A stretch of DNA of 64,000 nucleotides from contig CAWKPE010000010.1 of the NCBI GenBank assembly GCA_963851385.1, positions 199,269 to 263,268 on the forward strand. Reading direction: 5' to 3'. This DNA comes from an uncultured Bacteroidota bacterium. Lineage in GTDB: Bacteria; Bacteroidota; Bacteroidia; Bacteroidales; DTGW01. The notes under the pieces are model-generated. The model saw only the letters and a program-made list of their open reading frames with translations, was not told the origin of the DNA and searched no databases. Shown in pieces: positions 21,389-32,274 of the stretch; position 1 is the first letter of the stretch; each line of letters opens with the position of its first letter. The translations under genes were made by a program, and so were the position numbers.

Positions 21389-21637
21389 ATTTTAATCACA
21401 TACAAACGTAGTGTTCATTTCTACAACATAGCATTTGTTATGTAATAAATATTTAGAATATAAACAGAAATATTAGTTATTTATTTACAAAAATTTTGTT
21501 TTGACATAATTATTTATATTTTTGATTGTCAATTACTTTTAACGCTCATGTACAAAGTATTTTATATATCACGAATAGATAGAATAAGTCAAAGCCGAAA
21601 AGCTAAATAAATGTAAGAAAATTTAAAACTTAATATT

Positions 21638-22825
21638 ATGAAAACTTCAAAATTATTTTTACTTTTTAATTGTATTGCTGTGTTTTTATAACTAATGTAC
21701 AAGCGCAAACGAATGTTGCTGCTGCTCCTACCAAGCCGGTATTTTTAATAAATGGTACATGTTCCACTACACTTTCCTATATGAATGATGGTAATACATC
21801 TACATTAGCCAGTCTGTATTATCCTGGCGCTATTTCCTTTTATATTGATTTGGGGAATGGAGCTGCGAATTATTTTGATCTTACCTCTACAACAATTTAT
21901 TGGGCAAGTGGAAATTATTTAACAAGTTATACTATATACACATCACCTGATAATACCAACTGGACAGTTGCATTATCAGTTACTGGTAATTCAAGTCTTA
22001 CAGATTCACACAGTCTTACTACAGGCAAAACATACGTGAGGTATGTGAAATTTGTGGCAGGTAATTATGCGAATCTCTATAATCTTGGAATTTATGATTT
22101 CCAGGTATTTGGTTCTCCCAGTATTGCATTACCGGCTTCGTTCAGTACAATAAATGTTTCTAGTACTGCCACTTTTGGCGCTACTGCCTCATTTACCGGG
22201 GGAATTACAGCAGGTGCTTTAAACACGCCAACTATAAATAATTCGGGTAACTTGAATCTGCAAACTGGCGGAACAAATAGAATCACTATTCTCAACCCAA
22301 GTGGTCAGGTAGATATTTTAAATGATTCTTTTAGTTTCTGGAGCAACAACTACCGGAAGTTTAACAACTACAGGTGCAATTTCTGCAGGAAGCTTAACAG
22401 CAACAGGTACAATTTCGGCAGCAAATTTAACAGTTTCCGGTAGTACATCTTTAAATAATTTATCAATTGCCGGATGTTTTTCTATTCCAGGTACTGTTAG
22501 TATTGGCTGTAATAGAATTGAGCCAGGTTATTCTCTTGCAGTAAATGGTGGAATTATTACTACTGGATTAGTAGTACAATATTATAATAATTGGCCTGAT
22601 TTCATATTTTCAAAGACTTATAAACTAAAATCCCTTGCTGAAACGGAAGAATACATAAAAGCCAATAAACATCTGGAAGGTGTGCCAACTGAAACCGAAG
22701 TTAAAGAAAAAGGTATTGATGTTGCTGAAATGAATACCATTTTATTAAAGAAAATTGAGGAAATGACCCTGCTGATGATTGAGCAGAATAAACGCATTGA
22801 AGCTTTGGAAAAAAAAGGAAAATGA
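21638..22825 (+). pseudogene. secreted tail-fibre-like protein with F5/8 type C (discoidin)-like N-domain, two frame breaks as sequenced
   Basis: The ATG at 21638 gives signal-peptide-like MKTSKLFLLF... and stops after 17 codons. ORF 21670-22443 continues with a discoidin-like domain. ORF 22322-22825 carries 11-aa GSLTTTGAISA-type repeats and a coiled C-terminus WPDFIFSKTYKLKSLAETEEYIKANKHLEG... Confidence 0.6.
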
Positions 22826-22854
22826 TTATTATTTAAGCATTTATACTATTTAAT

Positions 22855-23757
22855 ATGAAAACATATTTTTGCTTTATTTCTTTGATTTTTATGATTGCGA
22901 TAAAAGCAACTTCACAAGACATGGATATAAATGCCAAAGGGGGAGATTATGCACCAGATACAGCCGGATTTTGCCATGATCAATATAATTATCCTGATTA
23001 TGGTGGCTTGGATTTTAAAATTCAACCCTGTAGGAGAGAAATCATTGGTACCTTAAAACAGAATAGTAGCAAAAAACATAAACTGGATATTACTAAATTC
23101 ACTGATCCTACATTAATTCCTTATCATAATCTTACCCTTGAAAACAAATGGCAATTAAAGCAATTGGTATCTATAACAAAAGATCAAAAATACTTTAATT
23201 TGCTAACAAAATTAGCTCTTGATTCTGCAGAACGACTTCCTGATCGTTTAGAATATATTAAACTCTTAGAAATATATTCACCAAGATGTATAGAAGTATT
23301 GAATCAACTACTAAATGATAGTATAGAAGAATTGGCTGCCAATGCTGCATGTGCGTTAGTTGAATTGGGAAAATATGATAAAGCATTCCTCTTCTTTAAG
23401 GTTTATCATAGCGCTGAACCTGCTTTTGAGGTATACTTGTCACTTGCAAAAATGAATACGCCCGAAGCTACTAAAGAATTAATCAGGCTGGCAAAAGAAG
23501 ACAGGCAGCCAGGCCTCGTGCTCTCTGCCGTATCATCTTTGTCATTACATAATGGACTTTGCAATGTAGCATTTGAAGTTTTTTCTGAATTTGCCAAAAG
23601 CAAATTTGAGCATATAAGGGAAAAGACAGTTTCTTGCCTGGCTTATTATACTGGAACGCCCGAAGCCTTCAATATTATCAGACAAATGAAAAATGACCCA
23701 AGCGAAGTGGTAAGAAACGAAGTTAACCATGTTTTAAGTATTTACAATAAAAACTAA
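22855..23757 (+). CDS. exported HEAT-repeat protein
   Basis: 300 aa. It has a signal peptide MKTYFCFISLIFMIAIKATSQ and HEAT/PBS-lyase-like helical repeats (…EELAANAACALVELGKYD…, …NDPSEVVRNEVNHVL…). It ends 6 nt before the next gene. Confidence 0.55.
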   Translation: MKTYFCFISLIFMIAIKATSQDMDINAKGGDYAPDTAGFCHDQYNYPDYGGLDFKIQPCRREIIGTLKQNSSKKHKLDITKFTDPTLIPYHNLTLENKWQLKQLVSITKDQKYFNLLTKLALDSAERLPDRLEYIKLLEIYSPRCIEVLNQLLNDSIEELAANAACALVELGKYDKAFLFFKVYHSAEPAFEVYLSLAKMNTPEATKELIRLAKEDRQPGLVLSAVSSLSLHNGLCNVAFEVFSEFAKSKFEHIREKTVSCLAYYTGTPEAFNIIRQMKNDPSEVVRNEVNHVLSIYNKN

Positions 23758-23762
23758 AATTT

Positions 23763-26276
23763 ATGAAAATAAAATCAATATTGCTCTATTTATATTTTTT
23801 TTCCTGCGCTATAAATATACATGCCCAGGACCCGACTGATCAATCTGGGGATACAGATCCTGATATGATTATAGGCAGTTCAGTGGTTGATTTAAACGAT
23901 CCAATTTATAACAACTTATATTCGACCTCTTGCAGTTCAAAAAAGAAAGCTGCGAAAGATGCATCCAGGACCTTTTCTATTGAATATAATCAAGGTAGCA
24001 ATGCGTGTAACATACCTGTCGCATGTGATTGGGGACTACAAAGCGATAATACTTGGACTACAATTTGTAATACTTCAAGTATATTTAGAGATGAAGGTTG
24101 TTTGATTACTTGCCAGGCGATGATTCTTGCTAATTCTGGTTTCACAGACGTAACTCCCTTAACTTGGGCTAATACATTATGTTCATATAATCCTTCAGGA
24201 ATTAGTGAGAGCGGAGCTATGACTATATGTGGTAATTGTACAGATTATTTAGATGTATATTCTGGAAGTAAAGTTTTTCAAAGTTATGTTTTCACATGGA
24301 ATAGTTCAAGCGATAATAATCATTTGGTAGGCCTTATGAAAAATCAGATTGATAATGGGGGTTGGGTAATTGCAAGAATTAATGATATTCTTAATGCTAA
24401 GACTGGAGGAGGATGTAATATAATATCTGCTTCACATCATTTTGTTTTAATTTATGGGTATAATGGTGACAATCCTGACTGGAGCGATTTTTTAGTATCG
24501 GACCCATCGTCCCATTGCGAAGATGTTTGTCACGATAATGATACTTGGACATTAGGAGATTATAGCGATGACATTCCGCTAAATAGTGGCACTTACGTTG
24601 TTTTTTATAATGTTCAGCAACAAGGAACCGCTACACATTTAAAAATAAATACACCAAAAACAAGTACCGTCGGAAATATATTAAAATTAATGTTTGCATT
24701 ATTATCTACAACTGAAAAAAGTGCAACTGCAACTAATGACAGTTATTGCAATGTAATTTGGAAAATTACAAATTCTGCTGGGTTTACATACAGTATAAAT
24801 TCTGATGTTCCTTCATTTACGTTTGACCAACCAGGAATATATACTATTTCGGCAGTAGCCGAAAATGCAGATGGCATTTATACAGATGTGGAAGAAATTG
24901 ATGTACAAGGAGATCCCACGTCAACTTCGAATAGCTCTGCAAATACAGACTGGACAGCTAATGGTAACGATACGTATTTTTGTGCAACATGTCAGCCGGC
25001 TCCATGTCCTTCCGCTGCACCTGGTATACCTAACGGCCTTACCAGTTCAAAAGTTTCAACTTCCGGGTTCACGGTATCATGGGGAACTGTTGCTTGTACA
25101 ACAAATTATTTGGTTTATATTGATGTTAATGGCACTCAAATTTCAGGCAGTCCATTTACAGTTACAACAAATAGCTTAACCGAAAGTAAATTAACTGAAG
25201 GTGTTTATTATAATGTGAAGGTAAGTGCACAGAACAGTTATGGAGTATCCGCAACAAGTCAAGTATTACAAATTCAAACTGTAAATCCTCCTCCGCCTTC
25301 ACAATCTTGCTACCAATTTAATGACTTTAGTTACGTTGGTAATAACTGGTATGCAACTGCCATGAATACTACTTTCGAAATTCAGGACAATACTGTTGCC
25401 TCAGGCTGGAATCCGCATGTTTGGATATGTTGGGATGTAAAACGTGGTTGTGGAACACTAGACTATGATGTTGGTGATTATTGGGCTTGGACCGAAGAAA
25501 AGGTTCAATATATGGGGGGGGACGGGCCCGTTATGATAGATTTTAAACCAATGTATCCTGGGCATTTAATAGATCACGTTTACTATACAGAAGGGCAATA
25601 TATAATCAAGTATTATGAAAGAGAAGCTCATTGTGATGAGGATGTCAGCGACGAATTAGCAAATGATAATATTGCATGGGGCGGTGCCAACATTGTTGAT
25701 TGCAGCAAAACAAAGTATCCTGCTGACCTCCTCGCTAAAGTTAATAATTACGATTGGGGCTGGGGTCATGGATATTTTGGGGGTTCGTTCATATTGAATG
25801 ACCTTTCTCCAATTAAAGATAAAAATGGAAGTTCCTGTAGCAACAACATGAAGCTTATTTTATCGGCATGCAATTCAATTGAGTTGGATCCGGGGATTTC
25901 TCTTGCACCTACGGTTGCTGGTAATTATATTCAACTGGAAGTAGGTGTAATAGAAGGTTCGCAAGGCAGTACCAAAAAATCGGCAGAAATTGAGGATATT
26001 GCTACCAATATTACTCCTGTTGAAACAGATAATAAAGAAGCAAACATTAGCATTTTCCCTAACCCCAATAAAGGTTCATTTACTGTGTCGTTAACGAACG
26101 AGGAGGTTAGTGAAATATCCATAGTAAACATTTTTGGCCAGGTGGTACAATTTAAAACCAATAATAATGTAGGCAGTTCGTTTACTATTTCCCTGCCAGG
26201 CGGGTGCAAAGGAATGTACCTTGTAAGGTTAAGAGGCAGTCAAAAAACTTATTTGCAAAAAATAGTAGTTGAATAA
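23763..26276 (+). CDS. secreted papain-fold (C39-like) cysteine peptidase with PKD-like and FN3-like domains and T9SS type A sorting domain
   Basis: 837 aa with a signal peptide. Cys/His/Asp contexts are DEGCLITCQAM, SHHFVLIYGY and VSDPS. An FN3-like segment reads GFTVSWGTV..YLVYIDVNG. The C-terminus ISIFPNPNKGSFTV...GMYLVRLRG..TYLQKIVVE is a Por secretion tail. Confidence 0.65.
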   Translation: MKIKSILLYLYFFSCAINIHAQDPTDQSGDTDPDMIIGSSVVDLNDPIYNNLYSTSCSSKKKAAKDASRTFSIEYNQGSNACNIPVACDWGLQSDNTWTTICNTSSIFRDEGCLITCQAMILANSGFTDVTPLTWANTLCSYNPSGISESGAMTICGNCTDYLDVYSGSKVFQSYVFTWNSSSDNNHLVGLMKNQIDNGGWVIARINDILNAKTGGGCNIISASHHFVLIYGYNGDNPDWSDFLVSDPSSHCEDVCHDNDTWTLGDYSDDIPLNSGTYVVFYNVQQQGTATHLKINTPKTSTVGNILKLMFALLSTTEKSATATNDSYCNVIWKITNSAGFTYSINSDVPSFTFDQPGIYTISAVAENADGIYTDVEEIDVQGDPTSTSNSSANTDWTANGNDTYFCATCQPAPCPSAAPGIPNGLTSSKVSTSGFTVSWGTVACTTNYLVYIDVNGTQISGSPFTVTTNSLTESKLTEGVYYNVKVSAQNSYGVSATSQVLQIQTVNPPPPSQSCYQFNDFSYVGNNWYATAMNTTFEIQDNTVASGWNPHVWICWDVKRGCGTLDYDVGDYWAWTEEKVQYMGGDGPVMIDFKPMYPGHLIDHVYYTEGQYIIKYYEREAHCDEDVSDELANDNIAWGGANIVDCSKTKYPADLLAKVNNYDWGWGHGYFGGSFILNDLSPIKDKNGSSCSNNMKLILSACNSIELDPGISLAPTVAGNYIQLEVGVIEGSQGSTKKSAEIEDIATNITPVETDNKEANISIFPNPNKGSFTVSLTNEEVSEISIVNIFGQVVQFKTNNNVGSSFTISLPGGCKGMYLVRLRGSQKTYLQKIVVE

Positions 26277-26315
26277 ACTATATTTATTTAAATTCTAATT
26301 TGTTTTTGCACATTA

Positions 26316-26345
26316 CCCTGTCAGGCTTTGAAAACCTGACAGGGT
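26316..26345 (+). terminator. hairpin terminator / REP-like palindrome
   Basis: ccctgtcagg-ctttgaaaa-cctgacaggg, a 10-bp perfect stem followed by TTTGTTT. Confidence 0.65.
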
Positions 26346-26447
26346 TTGTTTAATCTGAAATGTGTAACTTTTTAATATACTTTATATAGTTTGAAGTAAG
26401 AAATAGTATGGTAGAGGTAGGATACTGTTTCATACTGTCAGGACATG

Positions 26448-26570
26448 TTATAATAAACCGAATAATATTTATTACGTAATCAAAAACCAGACTTCGACTA
26501 TGCTCAGTCTGACATTAAATGTCATATCGCGTAGTCGAGATATGTTATATCTTATATTCGGTTTAATATA
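26448..26570. repeat. REP/MITE-like palindromic element (distant relative of the 123-bp MITE)
   Basis: Terminal inverted repeats taaaccgaata / tattcggttta enclose two hairpins (agacttcgactatgctcagtct and catatcgcgtagtcgagatatg). Single copy in the window. Confidence 0.55.
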
Positions 26571-26597
26571 ATTGTTGATAAATAAACTTAGTTAAGT

Positions 26598-28118
26598 TTA
26601 TTTCTTATTCCTGAACAAATAAAAAAAACCTCCGCCTTTTAATTCCATGGGTCCCTGAGTAGAAGAACTACTTTGATTGGATGAAGACGTACCGGTAGCA
26701 AATGGCCCCCAACCTATTGCATCATAAAAATAATAATAAACTCCCGCTGGTGCATCATAATTATATTTGGTTGTTCCATCCCATCCTTTCCAGTCAGATG
26801 ATGATCCTGATCCAAGGTATTCCCACATCCATTTGCCCCACTGGTTATAAATTGTTAAGTGGAAAATCCTAATAGATTTATAATTCGTATTATGACTAGG
26901 TGTAGTATCTTCTTTAAAAGTAAAAAATCCATAATACTTATTTCCAGGTTCAAACGCATTCGGAAACCTAAGAGAAGAAGAATCACCTAGAGGTCCAAGC
27001 TGAGATTGATCAACTGTTACTTTTTTAAGTACAGAATCTGTGCAAATATTATATGGACCGGTAGAATAGAGCTTGACAGTATAAATATACGGCCTGTAAT
27101 AAGTATAAGAAACAGAATCTTTTGGATTGCTACTAAGATAAAAGTCAATTTGTCTGGTATCAAAATAACGATGAAACGAATCAGCTAAGAACCATTGGAA
27201 ATTATATCCGTTTTTTGACTTGTTTTTAAATTTAACTAATAATGGTGCTTCTCCTATAGCGGAAGTATCATTTATAAAAGCTTTGGTAGAATCTTTTAGT
27301 CTGTGAAAAATAGAATCCTGAAAAGTAAAATAATCAAAATCAGCTATTGTTCTTATGGGATCATAAATTACAGTATCGGCAGCATTATTGCCAAACGTAT
27401 CAGAAAATGAAACAGAAAAAATAGTAGTATCAGTGGGAGGAGCATACTTGTAAATTTGAGGTTCTTTATCCAAAGTACCTGCATCAGGAACTGATGACCA
27501 TAAAATATTGGTATCATTTCTAAAAACCAGGTTTGCTCTTCCGGGAACAGGATTTGCATAATAAAAATCATTATGGATATAGGTTAATGAAGTATCAGCA
27601 GCAGGTTCGCCAGCTTTTATAACTCCAAGCTTTACATAGGCGCACTGGGAATAAAAAGGGCTTACCTTCCCGTCCGAAGTTTTTCTCAAATGAAACCTCA
27701 ATTTGTTAATAAATATCCAAGCTCTAAACGTGGTATCAATGGAATCTTTAATCATTCGAACCTGGTAACCACCAGAAACAAGGTTACTTCTTGATTCTGA
27801 ATTGCTGCCCGACATAACTAATGAATCGAACTTTACAAATATTTTTTGAAAATAATCATATTGGCTCCATACAAATGTCCAGCCTAAAGTACTGTCCGGT
27901 GAATTTGCAATTAATTCACCTCTCCTGGTATATAAATCTTTTTTAGGTAATCTGTCAGTAGCGTTGAACGCATAAACAGTGTCTTTGCCATCATTCAGCG
28001 CAGAATTTACCGTAACCTTATAATCGTAACCAATACCGTACAATTGTGCGTTGGTTTGCTGTTCAATTAGCTGTATAAAACAAAAGCAAAATAAAAATAT
28101 TTTAATAAAATACTTCAT
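26598..28118 (-). CDS. secreted protein with T9SS type B (gliding-motility-associated C-terminal) sorting domain
   Basis: Start trimmed to MKYFIKIFLFCFCF... (ATG at 28118). The C-terminus is ...FPNAFEPGN...IYNQWGKWMWEY...GWDGT...APAGVYYYFYDA... Confidence 0.7.
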   Translation of the reverse strand: MKYFIKIFLFCFCFIQLIEQQTNAQLYGIGYDYKVTVNSALNDGKDTVYAFNATDRLPKKDLYTRRGELIANSPDSTLGWTFVWSQYDYFQKIFVKFDSLVMSGSNSESRSNLVSGGYQVRMIKDSIDTTFRAWIFINKLRFHLRKTSDGKVSPFYSQCAYVKLGVIKAGEPAADTSLTYIHNDFYYANPVPGRANLVFRNDTNILWSSVPDAGTLDKEPQIYKYAPPTDTTIFSVSFSDTFGNNAADTVIYDPIRTIADFDYFTFQDSIFHRLKDSTKAFINDTSAIGEAPLLVKFKNKSKNGYNFQWFLADSFHRYFDTRQIDFYLSSNPKDSVSYTYYRPYIYTVKLYSTGPYNICTDSVLKKVTVDQSQLGPLGDSSSLRFPNAFEPGNKYYGFFTFKEDTTPSHNTNYKSIRIFHLTIYNQWGKWMWEYLGSGSSSDWKGWDGTTKYNYDAPAGVYYYFYDAIGWGPFATGTSSSNQSSSSTQGPMELKGGGFFYLFRNKK

Positions 28119-28199
28119 TTGAAAATTCAACTTGTAATTTAACCGGGACTGCAAATATACCTAATTATGCGAATTAAGAATTAAATGAATAAAAAAAAC

Positions 28200-28298
28200 C
28201 TAACCGCGAAGCTCGCAAAGTCCCGAATAATCAGGATTAGCAAAGCCCGCAAAGATTTCTCTGCGCACTTTGCGTCTTCTTTGCGTTCTTTGCGGTTT
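28200..28298. repeat. ~100-bp palindromic REP-like element built from CGCAAAG / CTTTGCG units
   Basis: aaccgcgaagctcgcaaag ... ctttgcgttctttgcggtt. Three cgcaaag-type units face three ctttgcg units. Confidence 0.6.
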
Positions 28299-28370
28299 GA
28301 ATTTTTTTCTTTCTAAAATATTAACATATTCTTATTCTTATTATTGTGTATTGATTCTTTTTTCTTTAAA

Positions 28371-28904
28371 CCCCATACCTCTTAAAAAAGGTAATTTCCT
28401 AGATTATGGTACATTCTAAATCCCTTCCAAATTTAAATGTCACATATTCAATTATTTTTTCTCTACCTTTTTCTTAAAAAAAAGTAGCCAAAATTCAAGA
28501 AAATCTGAAGCTTCAACCCACAAGGCTCCCGCACCCTCGCCAGATTTTCAGGCCCACGCACACCGGCCTTTGTCCGGTTTTGGGGAAGTGCTCAAAATAA
28601 ACATTAGTCGCCATTGAATATGAACTAAAATAAATTAATAGCTAGCCAATGTGTAATGGCTTTTTCACGGATGGTGCGGAAAGCAGGTTTTGATGCATAA
28701 GTTCTAATCATTAAAAAAACAATGAATTTATTTATGTGCCACTTCTCTCAATTTACATGCAAAACCGAAACCTGATTTCTTCATTCGTGGTGACTTTTTT
28801 TGTTACTTTTTTTTATGGCAGAAAAAAAAGTAAATTCCAGTATGATAAGAACGTCATTATTTTGTGCCAATATCTAGGAAATTATTCTTAAAAAGGGTCT
28901 GGGG
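28371..28904 (-). mobile_element. structured intergenic repeat, copy A (shares ~85-nt core with 35069-35457 and 54684-55089)
   Basis: Imperfect terminal inverted repeats (…aggtaatttcctagat / atctaggaaatta…, ends cccca / tgggg). The core gtagccaaaattcaagaaaatctgaagcttcaaccc...ccctcgccagattttcaggcc aligns with the reverse complement of copy B. Confidence 0.6.
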
Positions 28905-29073
28905 TTAATTATGTAAAATAATTTAAACATTAACCGAAAAATTATTTTATAGAACCAATAGCTAATAGCCAACAGCCCTTTTGTTAATAAAATTTTTAAT
29001 GATTTTAACGTTGCATTCAAAAAGAAAACTTAGTAGTAAGTACCTTTAGAAATTATTTATAAAGAAAAAACAA

Positions 29074-31421
29074 GTGATCAATTTTCTCAAAGATTTGAAT
29101 GAGCCGCAGTACGAAGCAGTGGTTTATAATGATGGTCCTTCTTTAGTTATAGCAGGTGCAGGTTCAGGTAAAACAAGAGTTTTAACTTATAAAGTCGCTT
29201 ATTTGCTTTCGCAGGGCGTAAATGCGCGATCTATTCTGGCACTTACATTTACCAATAAAGCAGCCAGGGAAATGAAAGAGCGTATTTCCAAACTTGTGGG
29301 ACCCGATTTGGCCCGCAACTTATGGATGGGTACATTTCATTCAATCTTTTCAAAAATCCTCAGATTCGAATCAGCCACTATGGGATATAGTTCAAATTAC
29401 TCCATTTACGATACTTCGGATTCGAAAAGTGTTATTAAAGCAGTAATAAAAGAACTTAATCTCGACGACCAAATTTATAAGGTTAATGAAGTTATGAGCC
29501 GTATTTCAATGGCAAAAAACAATCTCGTTACACCACAGGGTTATATTGCCAACAACCAGATCATGGAGCAGGACAGGGCTTCTCGCAAACCCCGAATTGC
29601 TGACATTTACCGGCTTTATTGCCTGCGTTGCAAGAAAGCCGACGCTATGGATTTTGACGATCTGTTGCTTAATACTAATATTCTGTTTCGAGACGTTGCT
29701 GATATTTTGGATAAGTACAGGAGGATTTTCAGTTACATTCTTGTTGACGAATACCAGGACACAAATTTTTCCCAATACCTGATTGTAAATAAACTCGCAT
29801 CTGTTCATAAAAAAATATGCGTAGTTGGCGACGATGCACAAAGTATTTATTCATTTCGCGGGGCCAAGATTGAAAACATCCTGAATTTCAAAAATGATTA
29901 TCCCGATTACAAACTTTTCAAACTTGAACAAAATTACCGATCGACACAAAATATAGTTAATGCGGCAAACAGCATTATTGCTAAAAATAAAGGACAGATT
30001 CATAAGAAAGTCTGGTCGGCCAAAGAGCATGGTGAACCAGTAAAAGTGTTCGAAGCTGAAACCGACCAGGAAGAAGGATTTATTATCGCCAATAACATTT
30101 TAGACACGAGATTGACCAAGCAACTTAATTTCAACCAGTTTGCAATATTGTATCGCACAAATGCCCAAAGCCGTATTTTCGAAGAATCACTGCGAAAAAG
30201 AAATATACCTTATAAAGTTTATGGAAGCTTATCGTTTTACCAGCGAAAAGAAATAAAAGATCTGTTGGCTTATTTTCGCCTTACTGTAAATAAAAACGAT
30301 GAAGAGGCTCTAAAACGGATTATTAATTATCCTGCCCGTGGAATAGGTTCCGTGTACAATTGACAAAATAGAAGAATATTCAAATACATCTGAAAAGAGC
30401 ATGTGGACGGCAATTAACGAACCTGATATACATAATTTGGGACTCAATAAAGGTACTATTCAGAAAATCGAAAATTTCAGAGATTTGATTAATGGGTTTT
30501 CTGTAAAGTTATATGACAGAAGAAGCGTACAATCTTGCCATGCATATTGCCAAGTCAAGCGGCATTATGTCTGACCTTAAAAGTGAAAGCACTTTTGAAA
30601 GTATGAGCAGAATGGAGAATATTGAAGAACTATTGAACAGCATCAAAGAATTTTCGGACAGTTTACAAAATGAAATTACTACTATTATTACTCTTGATAA
30701 ATATCTCGAAAATGTTTCCCTGCTAACCGATGCTGACACAGATAAAAATGAAGATCGTGATAAAGTCAGCCTGATGACAATTCATTCTGCAAAAGGATTA
30801 GAATTTGATTATGTATTCATTGCAGGAGTTGAAGAAGATTTGTTTCCTTCGAAAATGGCACTTGTATCACCACAGGAACTTGAAGAAGAAAGAAGACTGT
30901 TTTACGTTGCAGTGACACGAGCAGGTCAATTAGCAACTATTTCGTACGCTTCACATCGATATAAATGGGGCGTGCCTACTGTTTGCACTCCAAGCCGCTT
31001 TATAAAAGATATTGATGAAAAATATGTTGAATTGCCGCTATCAATTGAAAATGATAATTCATCAGACTTTGATTTTAACAACCTTTTTGATAAGCCTGAA
31101 GAATTAAAAACCAGACAGCGTAATATTTCAAAGTCCAAGATAGCAGAATCGGTTAAAACAGTTACACCTCTAAATCTAAATAAAAAGCTGGTAGATATGA
31201 AAACTGCATCCAGGAAACAATCTCAGCTTAGTGAAACTTTCGATGCTGATGACCCTTCTAAAATAAAAACAGGTATGACAGTAAATCATCAGCAATTTGG
31301 CAATGGGAAAATCATCAGCATTGAAGGAAAAGAACCAAATACCAAAGCTGTAGTATTTTTTGAGAGTGCAGGAGAAAAGAAGCTTTTGCTAAAATTTGCC
31401 AGATTGAAAATTGTTGAATAA
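29074..31421 (+). pseudogene. UvrD/PcrA/Rep-family ATP-dependent DNA helicase, two frame breaks as sequenced
   Basis: ORF 29074-30363 carries AGAGSGKT and VDEYQDTN motifs. A middle piece TIDKIEEYSNTSEKSMWTAINEP... was read by hand in a second frame (30355-30510). ORF 30513-31421 carries the C-terminal helicase motifs (…SLMTIHSAKGLEFDYVFI…, …RRLFYVAVTRA…). Confidence 0.85.
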
Positions 31422-31647
31422 GGAATAATCCCATTTTAATAAGCTAAAAAAATAGTTTTTTATACTGATTCTAAATATTTTCTTACTTTTGCCATTGATA
31501 TTTGTTATCTTTAATATATGAATTGCAGAAAGCAAAAAATCATATCTTGGAATTTAACAAAAAATAATTTGACACATTACTATTAAGGCTTTCTCTTAAT
31601 CATTAACGTTTAATCAAACACTTAATTTAGATAAACAATAAATAATT

Positions 31648-32265
31648 ATGAATTTCGATTATAATACCTCCCGCAAGAAGCTTGCATTGCCTGAATATGG
31701 CCGGCATATTCATAAATTGGTAGATTACATTGTTAACATTAAAGATCGTGAGGAACGAAATCGTGCCACAAAACAATTAATTAATGTCATGGGCAACCTT
31801 AATCCTCATTTACGCGACGTTTCTGACTTTAAACATAAACTTTGGGATCACCTGGCAATCATTTCTGATTTTAAACTTGATATTGATTCACCATACCCCG
31901 TACCAACGCGAGCTATTCTTACAGAAAAACCCCGCAGAGTACCATATAACCAGGGACCTATTACTTACAAACATTATGGAAAAGTGCTGGAACGGATGGT
32001 CAAGAGAGCAACGGAAATGCCTGAAAATGATGAGAAAAAAGTATTGACTGAAGCACTTGCCAATTTAATGAAAAAACAATATCTTACCTGGAACCGAGAA
32101 GCTGTAAATGATTCAAACATCTTAAAAGATTTGTCAGAATTATCTAAAGGTTTGATTAATATTAGTGCACAGGATATGAAGCTTTCCGAAACCCGTGATA
32201 TCCTGTTAAAGACAAAAAAGAACAAAAAGATCATAACAAAGAAAAATAAATCACAACAGAATTAA
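31648..32265 (+). CDS. DUF4290-family protein
   Basis: 205 aa, ...LPEYGRHIHKLVDY...DREERNRATKQLINVMGNLNPHLRDVSDFKHKLWDHLAIISDFKLDIDSPYP. It sits in the conserved position upstream of murA in Bacteroidota. Confidence 0.75.
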   Translation: MNFDYNTSRKKLALPEYGRHIHKLVDYIVNIKDREERNRATKQLINVMGNLNPHLRDVSDFKHKLWDHLAIISDFKLDIDSPYPVPTRAILTEKPRRVPYNQGPITYKHYGKVLERMVKRATEMPENDEKKVLTEALANLMKKQYLTWNREAVNDSNILKDLSELSKGLINISAQDMKLSETRDILLKTKKNKKIITKKNKSQQN

Positions 32266-32274
32266 GTATCCCGC

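Noticed and set aside
24865-25179. 104-aa alternative-frame ORF inside the peptidase gene, and similar internal ORFs (e.g. 31784-32047, 33992-34240, 44513-44719, 61173-61385)
   Set aside because: These are same-strand out-of-frame ORFs nested in well-supported genes, with no independent start context or motifs.
21638-26276. Prophage or contractile-injection-system remnant suggested by the tail-fibre-like gene
   Set aside because: There are no capsid, terminase, portal, baseplate, sheath or integrase genes nearby. Proteins with this C-terminal module are common stand-alone surface proteins in Bacteroidota.
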